Positions 38,920 through 50,700 are shown, counted from the stretch's first letter. The stretch: 64,000 bases of DNA from Ginglymostoma cirratum (GCA_024137785.1 JAHRHZ010000019.1:26158327-26222326), one strand, 5' to 3'. Notes: generated by a model not told the origin, from the sequence alone. Translations and numbers: made by a program.

Positions 38920-39460
38920 GAATGGTAAATGGGTGAGTGGATGCAAAATGGAGAGTGATCGAGGGGATGTGGGGGTGAGGCAAGTGGGTAAGTGAGTGGT
39001 GTGGTAGGTGGGTTAAGTAGTAAGTGAGTAGGGTGGTTAGGATGGAAGGTTAGTAGAGTGAAAAATGCTTGGGATGGTAGGCTGACAGGTGGGTAGGAAG
39101 ACAGGTAGATAGGATGGTAGGTGGATTAGGTGACTAGGTGCATGAGTGAGTAGGTAGGTAGGGGTTAGCCGGGTTGGGTCAGGTGGGGTTGTCAAATCTG
39201 GGTCTAATCAGGTTGGATCATAGAGTGGTTTGGCTGTCTGATGGGAGTTAGTAGGTTAAATCAGGAGGGTAGTTGAGTGGTGCAGGGTAGTCAGGTTGGA
39301 CCAGCAGCTATTGGTTCAAGTCAAAAGTGTTGTTAGCTCAGATTGGGCTGGATGACTTAGAAATCAGGGTACTGGGGGACTAACTGAGTGGGGGGCAGGT
39401 CAGTTAGGAGTGGAGTGGGGAGTCAGGGAATGTCAGTGTGAGTTTTGGGTGGAGTTAATT
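38920..39460 (+). repeat. G/T-rich, C-poor low-complexity tract
   Basis: Dense GGT/GGGT/AGGT units with strong strand asymmetry. Confidence 0.6.
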
Positions 39461-39729
39461 GAATAGGTTCCCACGAGTTACACTAGGATATTTCTGTTCA
39501 ACATTTCCTGGGTAACTACCAAGTTAAGTAATTAAAAAAAGTGTGAAGTTTCTGACCCTAACTCAGTGACGGAGACTGCTTTGCAGGATCTTGGAGAATT
39601 GGGAAATTGCCCATCAGAAGTTCAAACATCCAATGAACTGGAGACTGGAGAATAATTTCCCAATTAATTTCATTAATAATGATTGCATATTTATAGCTAG
39701 TTTAGGTTGTTTAGTTTTTTGTTTTGGAT

Positions 39730-40610
39730 TTTCCTAGAACTAAAACATTCTCTCCTGTCCAACCAATTCATAATTTCGAATACCTCCATCATCACCTATA
39801 AGTGATCTCTTTCTACAAATGCCCCAAACTCTTCAATACTTTCTAGAGATCTATCTTGTATCATATTGGTAAATAATTAATGCACTTTCCCCCTATGTAC
39901 TGATGTCCTTTTAATAGCAATGGTGCATAATATTTCAAGTGGAGCATGAGCAGGTTTGCAAGTTTAATGCAATTTCTCTGATTTTGAGTTCTCTGCTCCA
40001 GAATTATATCCTCATGCTTGGTTTGGCATTGAAACTATTTTGCTCACTCAGGATGCTGCTTTACACAATTTATCCTTCTGAATCCCTAGATTTCTTTCCT
40101 GTTATATACCATTCAGATTTTCTTTTTAAATTGTTTAAGAAGCACCTGTTGCTTCTACTTCTATGTCCAAAATGCATCACCTCACATTTATCAAAGTTAA
40201 AGCTCATCCGCCAATTAAGTTCCAAATCTGCAAATTTTTCAATGTTCTTGCATTTTGTATGTATTTTTCATTAGGGTTAGCCGTACTCCAAGTCTGGAAT
40301 CATCTACAAAATTTGAAACCGAATTAATTTTTCCTAAGTGTTTACCATTAGATAAAATTATGAATAGCAGTAGCTCTGCCATTGATCCTTGTGGAAAATT
40401 GTTTCCTATTTTCCTTCAATCTGAATAACTACCTTTTATCCCTATTATCTGTTTTCTATGTTTTAGCCAATTTGCTATCTGTTCAACTATTTGTTCCCTC
40501 ACTTCAGATACTCTGGCAATTTTTTTTTCAGCTGACTATGTGGTATCTTATCAAAGACCACTTGAAAGTCCAAAATTTGATTTCTATTACTTTACCCTTG
40601 TCTATGAAAT
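39730..40610 (-). mobile_element. Old CR1 RT fragment
   Basis: CCAAAATGCATCACCTCACATTTATC, TCATCTACAAAATTT (antisense of a KFVDD/KFADD motif) and TGTGGTATCTTATCAAAGACC (antisense of FDKIPH). Confidence 0.6.
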
Positions 40611-41349
40611 GAAAATAATTAGGAAAAAGTGTTAGTATGAACCTTTCAAAAGGAAAGTGGATAACCTTTTAGACCAGAAGAATATCCAAGGCAACGCTAT
40701 AGAGCAGGCCAGTGAAATTAGATTGTTCTAAATGTTTCTATGGTCTGGTACAAGCACCACAGCCCCCCCCTGTAAACTGAACCAAATGGCAACAAGCCAA
40801 AGATTAAGTTAAGAATAGGTGGCTCATATGGAAAGAAATGCTAATATTCCCACCCTTTTATCACCTCTCCAAATTTAGAAACAATATGTGTTAGAAATTA
40901 GTTTAATATTTTCTTCAGGCACAGAGTTGATGCCACTCATAGCACAGCTCCAAAACATAACCATGGTTCCCAATTGGTCCCCAGTGTACATTTCAATATA
41001 TTGAAAGCCTTAGGGTTTGGGTGGGGGGGAAGGTGTCTCAGTACATTTCTGACACTATTTAGAAGCAGTTTGTACCTCTTAGGGAAGTGTATTTTGGTTG
41101 CTGACAATGATAACTGAAGATTATTGACTGGGGCAAGCTGAGTCAAGCCTTCAAAGTCCCACTAGTTTTTGACACTACATTTATACTTATATTCTAAATT
41201 TGCGTGCAATATTAAAACATCTTTTTCAATTGGGTGAAGGATAGTGCACAATAGTTTCCATAGTCTGTTTATTTGACCATTTATGAAGAATTAATAGAGC
41301 TTCTGACTCCCAATCAGAAAATAATGGATTCAAGCCCTACTCCAAACAA

Positions 41350-41516
41350 TGGAGATGAACAGGAGGCTGGAAGAACATAGCAAACCAGGCAGCATCTGGA
41401 GGAAAGGAGAAGGTAGTGTTTCTCTTCTCCTTTCCTCCTGATGCTGCCTGGCCTGCTGTGTTCTTCCAGCCTCCTGTTTGTCTACCTTGGATTCCAGCAT
41501 CTGCAGTCTTCTTTCT
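41350..41516. mobile_element. Fold-back PLE-terminal insertion (third subfamily)
   Basis: AACAGGAGGCTGGAAGAACA..GGAAAGGAGAAG (41358-41412) is inverted to CTTCTCCTTTCC..CCTCCTGTT (41424-41478). Degenerate TSD CTACTCCAAACAA / CTATTCAAACAA. Confidence 0.75.
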
Positions 41517-41988
41517 CTATTCAAACAAAAGGGTTGATCAGAGATCAGAACTCTGCTCCTGAATTCTGCTTTGAAACCCAGGGAAATGTTCTTCTTTTCT
41601 GGATGTGGGTGCCTGCTTTGTCCTCCCATATTAACTAAGGTTGAGGTTTTGGTCTGCAGAACTGTTTGTTATCCTATGAAACCCTTCCACTAATTTGCAC
41701 TATTGTGCAAAGCAACAGTAGGAGATTGGGCAACAATCATCTGTAAACATGTTAAAACAGGGAAAGAAAATAGAAATATTTCACAGAAAATTCGACAACA
41801 ACAATTTGCATTTACTAATCCCAACATATTTGGATTAACATGTGCAATTCTGGTCTCCATATAAGAAAGGGACATTGAGGCACTGGAAAAGGTGCCAGAA
41901 AGATTGATAAGGCTGGTACCAGAAAAGTGGTTATGCCTGTCAACACGGGCTAGATCTCTACACTTGAAAACAGAAGGAGAGATGACCT

Positions 41989-42172
41989 GAGATAATAGGT
42001 ACTGCAGATGCTGGAGAATCTGAGATAACAAGGTGTGAAGCTGGATGAACACAGCAGGCCAAGCAGCATCACAGGAGCAGGAAAGCTTGAAGTTTCGGGC
42101 CTAGACCCTTCATCAGAAGTGGGGGAGGGGAAGAGGGTTCTGAAATAAATAGGGAGAGAGGGGGAGGCGAAT
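41989..42172 (-). mobile_element. PLE terminal-repeat insertion nested in a CR1 fragment
   Basis: TSD ATGACCT at 41982-41988 and 42173-42179; carries the hammerhead motif at 42086-42119. Confidence 0.85.
42086..42119 (-). ncRNA. Minimal type I hammerhead ribozyme (best-preserved copy)
   Basis: Minus strand CUU-CUGAUGA-A-GGGU CUAG GCCC-GAAAC-UUC-AAG: intact core boxes, 4-bp stem II, 3-bp stem I (CUU/AAG), loop-less stem III and an NUH cleavage triplet (GUC in sister copies). Confidence 0.75.
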
Positions 42173-42492
42173 ATGACCTAACATGTTTATTTAAACGTCT
42201 GAATAGGCACTGAATAAATAAACTGTCTAGATATGACACAATGTGACTTAAACCTAGGCCTTCCGGCACAGAGTAGGGACACTGCCACCTCACCAAAAGG
42301 CCCCTTGAATAGACCCAGAAAGTGCATTTGTGGAAAACAGCATATCTAAACATCATCAATACGCAATAGTCATCGATAAATCAATTATATGTATTTGGAA
42401 GACAACTTCATTTTCAGAGAGTGATGAGAACTTAAAACCGGTTGTCACAGGGAGTTGGTGAAGGAAGTAGTGTAGGTGCACAAAAGGAAGGG

Positions 42493-42630
42493 GCAAAATC
42501 AGAAATTACTAGAAAAGTTCAGCACGTCTGCCAACGTCTGTGGAGGGAAATCGGAGTTAACGTTTTGGGTCCAGTAACCCTCAATTTGGTCTCTAATTTC
42601 CAGCGTCCGCAGTTCTTTCTGCTTTTATTA
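42493..42630. mobile_element. Inverted/rearranged PLE terminal fragment
   Basis: Antisense terminus to GTTAACGTTTTGGGTCCAGTAACCC (stem II GGGTT ACTG GACCC on the minus strand), then sense CCAGCGTCCGCAGTTCTTT. Confidence 0.7.
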
Positions 42631-43821
42631 ACAAAAGAACGGGGGTGGCCTACATAAGATTATGAGGGAATAGGAAACATCGAGTTATGTTGATGGTTAG
42701 ATTAGGAAGGACTAGAATTCCAGCGAACTTGTTGGCGTTCCCTGATTGGGTCTAATGCCCTGCTTCCATGTAATTCTACCTAAGTCGATTAAATGCTTTC
42801 AGATACCATTGAATACGACATATGAATACGATTTTTTTTCTGATTTTCTTTCAGGTTATAGTCAACTCAATAATATTCGGAAAGAACGTTTAACCTTTGG
42901 CATGAGAACTATTATCTTCTGCTGATCACTTCGTCACTTTTGCTCGTTGGATGTGTATGCTTGAGGTCCTCAAGCTCTCTGTAATAACGCGCCTCACTGG
43001 CTTGTGGCAATGCGACGACAACAAATGTTGGAGACTTCCAGGGAGATATATTGGCTTTCAGCCTAGATTCTAAGACATTTCAGACTCAATTACCATGGCA
43101 CTATGAAGTTACTGCTGGTTCAGGACAGGAAGCGCACTACTGTATTCACGGACATGAAAGATTACTAACCTGCCAAGTGTGTACCTGGGGTATTTTTAAA
43201 GTGGTCGGACTCCTTTTGGGAATGAACTTGCAGCCAAAAACGTACAGTACATTTCCACTGGTTATATGGTCATTTCCATTACGCTTCAGCACAGAGAAGG
43301 GCCATTAGTTCAGTCTGAAGACAGAGAATTAATCAATGTCTTTTCATTTGGATCGCTTCACACAAAAGCCATTTTGGGTCTCTCTAACTCAAAAAAGCTA
43401 TGACCAAAATAATGAAGTTTTTCTCACTAGATTTCCTCTGAGCTTCATTTCTGTCATGATCGTATTTTTACTCGTATTTTTATGTAGATTTTAATGTTTA
43501 TTTTTCGTTGATTATCCACAGGAACAATGAAAGGAATTGTTTCGTTATCCCTATTTTAAATTAGCCACATTTTAAACAAAAAAGTTATCGCTAGCGTGAA
43601 ACCAATTGTGAAACCCTGACTAATTATTTTACTGAAAATTATTTGCATACTCAATAAACAGTAATAAATAAATATAAATATTAATCAATAAATATTCTTC
43701 TGTTGCTCATTAAGCGAAGAAGAATATGACAAACGATGACAAACAACGTGTTGCCATGGATCAACATGTCACAGCGTAAGGTTCAGTCTTTCTCGCCTTT
43801 AGGGGTGTGAGACTACTGCAG

Positions 43822-43840
43822 TGCCAGCAGATGGCAACGT
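43822..43840 (+). promoter_or_regulatory. Candidate CTCF site, forward orientation
   Basis: CCAGCAGATGGCAA (43824-43837) matches CCRSYAGRKGGCRS at 13 of 14 positions; lies in unique, CpG-rich sequence. Confidence 0.6.
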
Positions 43841-45914
43841 GTAGCGTTCCTTGCTAAATTTGGGTAAGGGGGTTGTGGTGGGGGGGGGGATGTCGGGAGG
43901 GAAGGGTCTTAAGGGTGTCGTGTAAATGTTTAATAGCAATGTGCCCGTAAAATAAGGAGTGATATTTAAATCCAAAAAAAATCGGGAATGGGTGCTTATT
44001 TTTCTTCTGGTCAATAAACCGATACTGATTATGCTTCAATGTAATGAAATAAGCTAATAATTAATAGAAATATGAAAGACGCATGAATCATATCAATAGA
44101 GAAATCAAATGCAACGTTGGGAAATCGCAATTAGCGAAATCACGTGGTTCAAGATATAAAAACTGTTTGAGTACAAAACTGCACAATCGCAACAATATTT
44201 CGAAATTGCATGATCTTTTAACAAGAAACAAGCAACATTAAAATATGCCATACTGGTCAGACAAGAATTCTTGTTTTCGGTTTTGACTCTCCCTAGATAT
44301 CCCTGACTGCGATAATACTATGAGGAAGTTAGAAGAGGCTTAATAGTATAGTTAATTCGCCCTAACTAACCAGAAGACATTCTACTCACTTTTGAGTTGA
44401 GAAAGATACTCCCGTAACTATCGTTTTAACAATGCGCCGTTACTCCTTCAGGCACCGATGTGGTCTACTTTTACAGACGAGATAGATCCGTCAATGTAGA
44501 GCTGATTGACCTCTTGCATCAATGCACCATGTATCCGATGCAGTGCAGCCCAGGTAAGACCCGGGGGGGGGGGGGGGTGCGGTTGGATATGATTACTGAA
44601 AATACCAGTTCATTACTGGACATGGAGAACATTCAGTAATTTGATTTACTACCTTACTAACACAGGCCAAGACATTGGAAGTCTTTGCTATATACGACCT
44701 CATGTCAGCGTTACATTAAGCGCCTCCGTAGTTCTTTGTCTAAACCACGACAACAACTGCATTAAAACAACAGCACCCTAGCCTGACTTGGTCGACATTT
44801 CATTTATTTTGGAGTATTTATCGTGCCTAAAACCTAAAAATTGGAGTCCAAACAATTCTGGGCGCGACCTTGGGTTAGTAAAAAAGTCGATAAATTCGAT
44901 GAAAATCCAGTACTGCTGTGTCTCTCGTCCGATATCACGTTACTTGTATGATTAGAAACTCAAAAATCTAATTTCTTGTATCAAACTTAAAAATATTGGT
45001 GATCTTTTACAAGTTCTAAGACAGTCTGTTTTACCAACTAGCTTGAAAATACAGATGCAATAAATGCACGCATTTTGATCTTATGCCTGAATTGCGTCCA
45101 TGTCTTTTCACAAGCTTTCCAAAAAGGCATGGATACATTTCTCATACAATTGTTGTTGCGCTACAGATATGACTAGGAGGCAAGATCCCATGTAGTTACT
45201 GATATATGGCGAAGTCAGGTGGCATGGCGTGTCTACGTTGGTACAGATGGCATTTCTACCGAGTGAACAATAATGATCCAAACGTAATATAGATATTTTG
45301 CAGATAACATTGTGCATGGCGGCAGGCGAACAGAATAAGCCAGAAGAGAACATTTGTGGTTACTATGCTTGCCGATTCTGTTGGTTAATTGTGACGTACA
45401 GACGGCAGAGGCTCAACATTTTTCTTCACTGAAAGTGAAACAGCGCGCCTTTAGATAAAATTGCACCGCGTCATGAAGAATTGATTTCTTTGAACCTAAA
45501 CGATTTTTTGACAAATAAACTGATCAACGAACTCCAGTATATATATTAATGAGACTTCAAGAGTGAAAAAGAAATTGAAACATTGAAAATTGGAGCAGGA
45601 GTAAACCATTCGACCCGTCAAATCTGTCCCAACATTCAGAATGATCCTCTGTCTTTAAATCTGAGTTTTTTATTTGTTAAGCAAAGGTATTGAGGGATAT
45701 GGGCTAAATGCAGGTAAACGGACTTAGATCACAGATCAGCCCACCATCCCATTAAATGGTGGAACGGGTTCGAGGGGCTGAATGGTCTTCTTCTGTTCCT
45801 ATGTTCCATTTTTCTCCATGGTCCCACTCTCTCTCCATATCTTTACTCTTTGGTGTCCTGAAATCTACATTTTTGTTACTTAAGTACATACAATGATTTG
45901 GCCAACACCATTAT

Positions 45915-46385
45915 AATAAAACAAAGAGCTGTGAATGCTGGAGATCTGAAATGAAAACAGAAACAGGTCTGGCATCTGTGGAGTGATAAAAACAGAGTTA
46001 ATATTCAGTCCAGTGGGCCTTCCTGATAACTGAAAGCAGCTGGGAAATGGTGATATTTGTGCTGACAATGGTGGGGTTGTGTGTGTGGAGGGGGAAGCAT
46101 TGCAAAGAGTAAGTCAAATATATGGAGAGGTGGAGTTTGTGTGCAGAGACAGAGAGAGAGAGAGTAACAAGAAATAGACAAGGGGATTGCTGATGATAAG
46201 TTGGGAGAAAGGTAAATGCTGAGTGGGTGCTAATGGGAATTGTGAAGTCAAAAATGGGTTGGCTGTGCTGGGAACAACACACACAGAAGAGGATCTGGGG
46301 GTCAGAGGGTGAGTCACAAACATGAAGTGAGGTGTTCATGCTCCAAAATAGTCAAACTCAATTTTGAGTCCTAAGGATTGTCAGC
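45915..46385 (-). mobile_element. Decayed PLE 3' region
   Basis: Antisense terminus (GAATGCTGGAGATCTGAAA..TCTGGCATCTGTGGAG..ACAGAGTTAATATT) and ORF end (AACTCAATTTTGAGTCC). Confidence 0.6.
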
Positions 46386-46416
46386 AACAGTGGAACTCAA
46401 AAAAGAATTCCACAAA

Positions 46417-46680
46417 ATCATAGGAGCCCTACAGTGTGAAAGCAGGCCATTTGGCCCATTGAGACCACACCAACCCTCCAAAGAGAATCTCATCCAGACC
46501 TGCATCCCCACTACCCTACAACCCTGCATTTCCCATGACTAAGCCACTCAGTCTGCACCGAATGCGCAATTTAGCATAGCCAACCCACCTAATCTGCACA
46601 GTTTTGGACGATGGGAGGAAACCAGGGCACTCAGAAGAACTGTGAGCTAGCAGTGCTAAGCACTGAGCCACCATGCTGTC
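46417..46680 (-). mobile_element. HE1-type V-SINE (internal deletion)
   Basis: CCCTACAGTG..CCCTGCATTTCCCATG..CAATTTAGCAT..GGGAGGAAACC..CACTGAGCCACCATGCTG. Confidence 0.85.
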
Positions 46681-47192
46681 TGTCCTAAATAGCCTACTCA
46701 GAGTCCTGATACTAGAGGGAACATAATTCCTGCATCTAGTCTGTCCAGCCCTTACAAAGTTGCAGACATTTCAATGAGATCTCCGCTTTCTCTTCTAAAC
46801 TCCAGTCAGTACAGGCCTAGTTGACTCATTCTCTCATTGTGCAACAAGCATGCCACCCTAGGAACCAGTTTGGTGAACCTTTACTGCAGCAAGGATATAT
46901 TTTGTTATGCAAGAAAACAAGTGCATGCAATACGCCAGGTGTGATCTCAACAAAGCTCTGTACAGCTGCAACAAGACATCTTTGCTCCTGTCCTCTAACC
47001 CTTTTGTAGTGAAAGCCAATAAACCACTTCTTAACCACTTACTGCATTGCATGCTTACTTCCAGTAACTAGTATACGAGGACACATGAGTCCTTTTGTAC
47101 ATCAACATTTCCCAATCTGTCACCATTTAAAAAGTATCCTGCTATTCTGTTTATACTCCCAAAGTGGACAACTTAACATGTATCCATGTTGC

Positions 47193-47749
47193 AGAAATAA
47201 AAGGTACTGCAGATGCTGGAGAATCCAATATAACAAGCATGGGGCTGGATGAACACAGCAGGTCAAGCAGCATCACAGGAGCAGGAAAACTTGACGNNNN
47301 NNNNNNNNNNNNNNNNNNNNNNNNNNNNNNNNNNNNNNNNNNNNNNNNNNNNNNNNNNNNNNNNNNNNNNNNNNNNNNNNNNNNNNNNNNNNNNNNNNNN
47401 NNNNNNNNNNNNNNNNNNNNNNNNNNNNNNNNNNNNNNNNNNNNNNNNNNNNNNNNNNNNNNNNNNNNNNNNNNNNNNNNNNNNNNNNNNNNNNNNNNNN
47501 NNNNNNNNNNNNNNNNNNNNNNNNNNNNNNNNNNNNNNNNNNNNNNNNNNNNNNNNNNNNNNNNNNNNNNNNNNNNNNNNNNNNNNNNNNNNNNNNNNNN
47601 NNNNNNNNNNNNNNNNNNNNNNNNNNNNNNNNNNNNNNNNNNNNNNNNNNNNNNNNNNNNNNNNNNNNNNNNNNNNNNNNNNNNNNNNNNNNNNNNGCTC
47701 CTGTGATGCTGCTTGACCTGCTGTGTTCATCCAGCCCCATGCTTGTTAT
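47193..47749. mobile_element. Young fold-back PLE insertion with 16-bp TSD, centre unresolved
   Basis: TSD CATGTATCCATGTTGC at 47177-47192 and 47750-47765. The visible arms (47230-47282 and 47697-47749) are exact reverse complements. Confidence 0.85.
47297..47696. other. Assembly gap (400 N)
   Basis: Run of N. Confidence 1.
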
Positions 47750-50700
47750 CATGTATCCATGTTGCCTTGCATTTGCCATATATTTTCCCACTCGATGAAC
47801 TTGTCAAAATTGCCTTGAAAAGTTTTCATTCCCTCCTCACTACTCACATTTTCACGTGGTTTTTTTGTCATCAGTAAACTTAAAAACATTTCATTTGACT
47901 CTTTCATCCAAATTATTGAGACACAAGCACTAATTGCATGGACACCCTGCTAGTCACCCCAACTTCTACTCTTGTAAAAAAAAATCATTTTTCCTACGCT
48001 ACCTCCAACAATCCTTCAGTTGTATTGCCAAACTTTTACTTCTTTCCTCCATATTTAATAAAGTGTTTCACCTATGACTTCATAGGTGGGATTCCAGGTG
48101 TAGATTTTAGATCATCTTTTAACATACATCATGATACTCTGGAATGGTTTATAGCAAAGGAGAATGTCCATTTTTGATATTAAAATAAAGATATGGATAT
48201 AAGATTTTGAACTGACAGACTTTTGTGTTTTAATATGTGGTTAATTGCCATAGTGAGTTTGTAAGAATTACCTGTAAGAGGTTTATAAGAATGTAATTGT
48301 TACATATGTGATTTACTGCAAAGAACAATTTAATTATATCCACGTGGAACAGTCATGTTGTTAATGGATCATGCATCATGGCGTTTAGTTGTGAAATTGA
48401 ACCCTTGTGACTCTGCTCCTAATTGACTCTTCTTATATTAAATAACCCCGGAATAAACCCATACCGACTGAAATGCATTTCTGTTTACATAGCTATAAAA
48501 TTAAGTTTACATAAAAAGTGCTCTAGAAATGCATTCAACCACATTGTTACTGTTGCTGTTGTTCCAGTTACTTATACATTTTTTTTTGATGCGTGAACAA
48601 GCTTACACAAACTTACTTAAACCTGTTTTCAATCCAGAGCCATCCATTCTGTCTGCTTTCATTTAACACCCAACCTATATGTCATATGTTGATAAATCAA
48701 CACTGTTGGTGAGCACAATGCCAGTTGGTCAGCTGAAATATTGAAATATTCATCCTCCATGAATTATGTGTTATTTTGTTTCAAGCATTTTTGATCAGTT
48801 TTTTTTATTAGAAACATCGGCTGCTTTGATAAAATGTATCAACCAGCAGTCAGTCGAAAGTGTATCACGAGTAATGCAGAAGTACTCGGTACACTTATGA
48901 AGCTGTCTGCAGCGTTTGCGTTTTCTCACTAAACGGCACAATAACTTTAAAATGAAACAATGGCTCATCACTCCAACAGACAATTTCAAAGGAACGTCTT
49001 CAGGAAAGCATGACAAAAATGACATTTCCAATGGGAGCATCCTACCACGTGGAGTAGCCGAGACAAATAGTATGGATACCTTTTATGGGAAACTAGAGAA
49101 GTTCACGAGGGAGAATGTAATAGAAGGACATGTTGATACGATCAGATAAAATATGTGGGCATGTATTGAGTAACTACTTGGATAGTCTAATTGGGCCGAA
49201 TGGTCTGCTTCTCTGCATAACATTCAAGGACACACAGCAAAAAAAAACTAAATATTGACTTCACAGACGTATTGCCTGAAAGTTCGCATCTACACACAGG
49301 ATGAGAAAACCTTTAAAAGGCCAAAATGATGGACCAGGGAGGACAGTTCTTTCAGCGATCCACTTAGTCTCTTACACTGCACAATTAGATTCAATCAAAT
49401 GACTGATTTTAGCCGGTAAACGTGATTTTAAAAATCCACGATAGTACCTTATTTTTATACTTTAATGGATTAACTCACTCAGCAAAAGTCAATATTGCCA
49501 AGGCCTAGTTATGTATTCAGGATCAGATCCGCATTTATACTGTAATTTTAACATCTAATTAAAAACCGATATCTGCCAGGACCTTGCTAAACTTGTTGTG
49601 CAAATTCGGTATCAGGTCTTGCACCGAATCCCAGGAGAAACAGACTATCAATCACTATTCTTAGTTTTGGCACTGCTTTCAGTGCAAAGCAAGCACATTG
49701 TCAAGACCAGTTCAGACAGTCATTTGGGCACTTTTGATATCCGTAAGATGTCATACAGGCAAGTACAGAGGAGGGATTCACCACACCAGTCTCTAGTTGA
49801 AATGCTAGCTATTGGGACAGAACTTCCTCAAAACAGACAAGCAAAGGTTCCAGCCAAACAGGAGCCAAGGAACGTAGCGGGTTCTACTTGGTTAGTACCC
49901 CAACTGCATCTGTCTGTCGCGGACCAGATGCATATTCAGCTTTAATTTCCATCCAAGAAAAATTGCCCAACTGTAGGATTATAAACGTAATCATGTAGTG
50001 TTGTTCCGAACATAAAAAGGATATTGCCAAAGTAGACTGGTTTGTGCTGTGCATCCAACTCCGTTATTGAATGGTCGGGCTGTGTATCCCTTATTTCATC
50101 TCGCTGCCTTACAAGCACCAGTGTCAATGTGACCTTAATTCGAAAACGGTTTGAAAAACAAATGAAAGACAAGTAATTGACGCCACTGGAGACCCGATGT
50201 AAATGCAACAGGTTAATTACAAAGCCTTTCCTGCAGGTTGTACTCATAACGATAATAATTAATAAGGTATCCTACTTCAATGCCTAGCAACAATTAAACA
50301 GCAAGTAAGTGAAAACTCATACACGCTACAGGATTTAAAGATTAGTTAGAAATATATTCATGTAATTGGGGTTTGGGTAGACTGAACTGAGACCCAGCTG
50401 AAGAACCTCTTGCACTCTTATATGGAATTATATAGAAATTACAGCACCCAAACAGATCATTTGGCCCAACTATTGTGCGCTGGTGTTTATGCTCCATATC
50501 ACAACATCTTACTCCATTTCATCCTACCGTTTCTGCACGAATTATTTAAATAGACCTGTGTTAGAGAAGAGGTATGCCCGAAACGCTGCAAAACTACATA
50601 CACTACAGTATAAACGGAACAAAATAAAAACAGATGATTTCAACAAAGCTTGGATGATAAATCAAACCATTGATTCTTTCTTTGCTTTACTCCTGGATAT

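Larger units (their letters stand above)
46710..48110 (-). mobile_element. CR1 LINE fragment interrupted by a PLE insertion and the assembly gap
   Basis: Minus ORF 46858-47052 LAFTTKGLEDRSKDVLLQLYRALLRSHLAYC is the CR1 ORF2 thumb; the fragment resumes after 47750. Confidence 0.8.

Noticed and set aside
47164-47791. Long ORFs of 155-180 aa
   Set aside because: Artefacts of translating through the 400-N gap.
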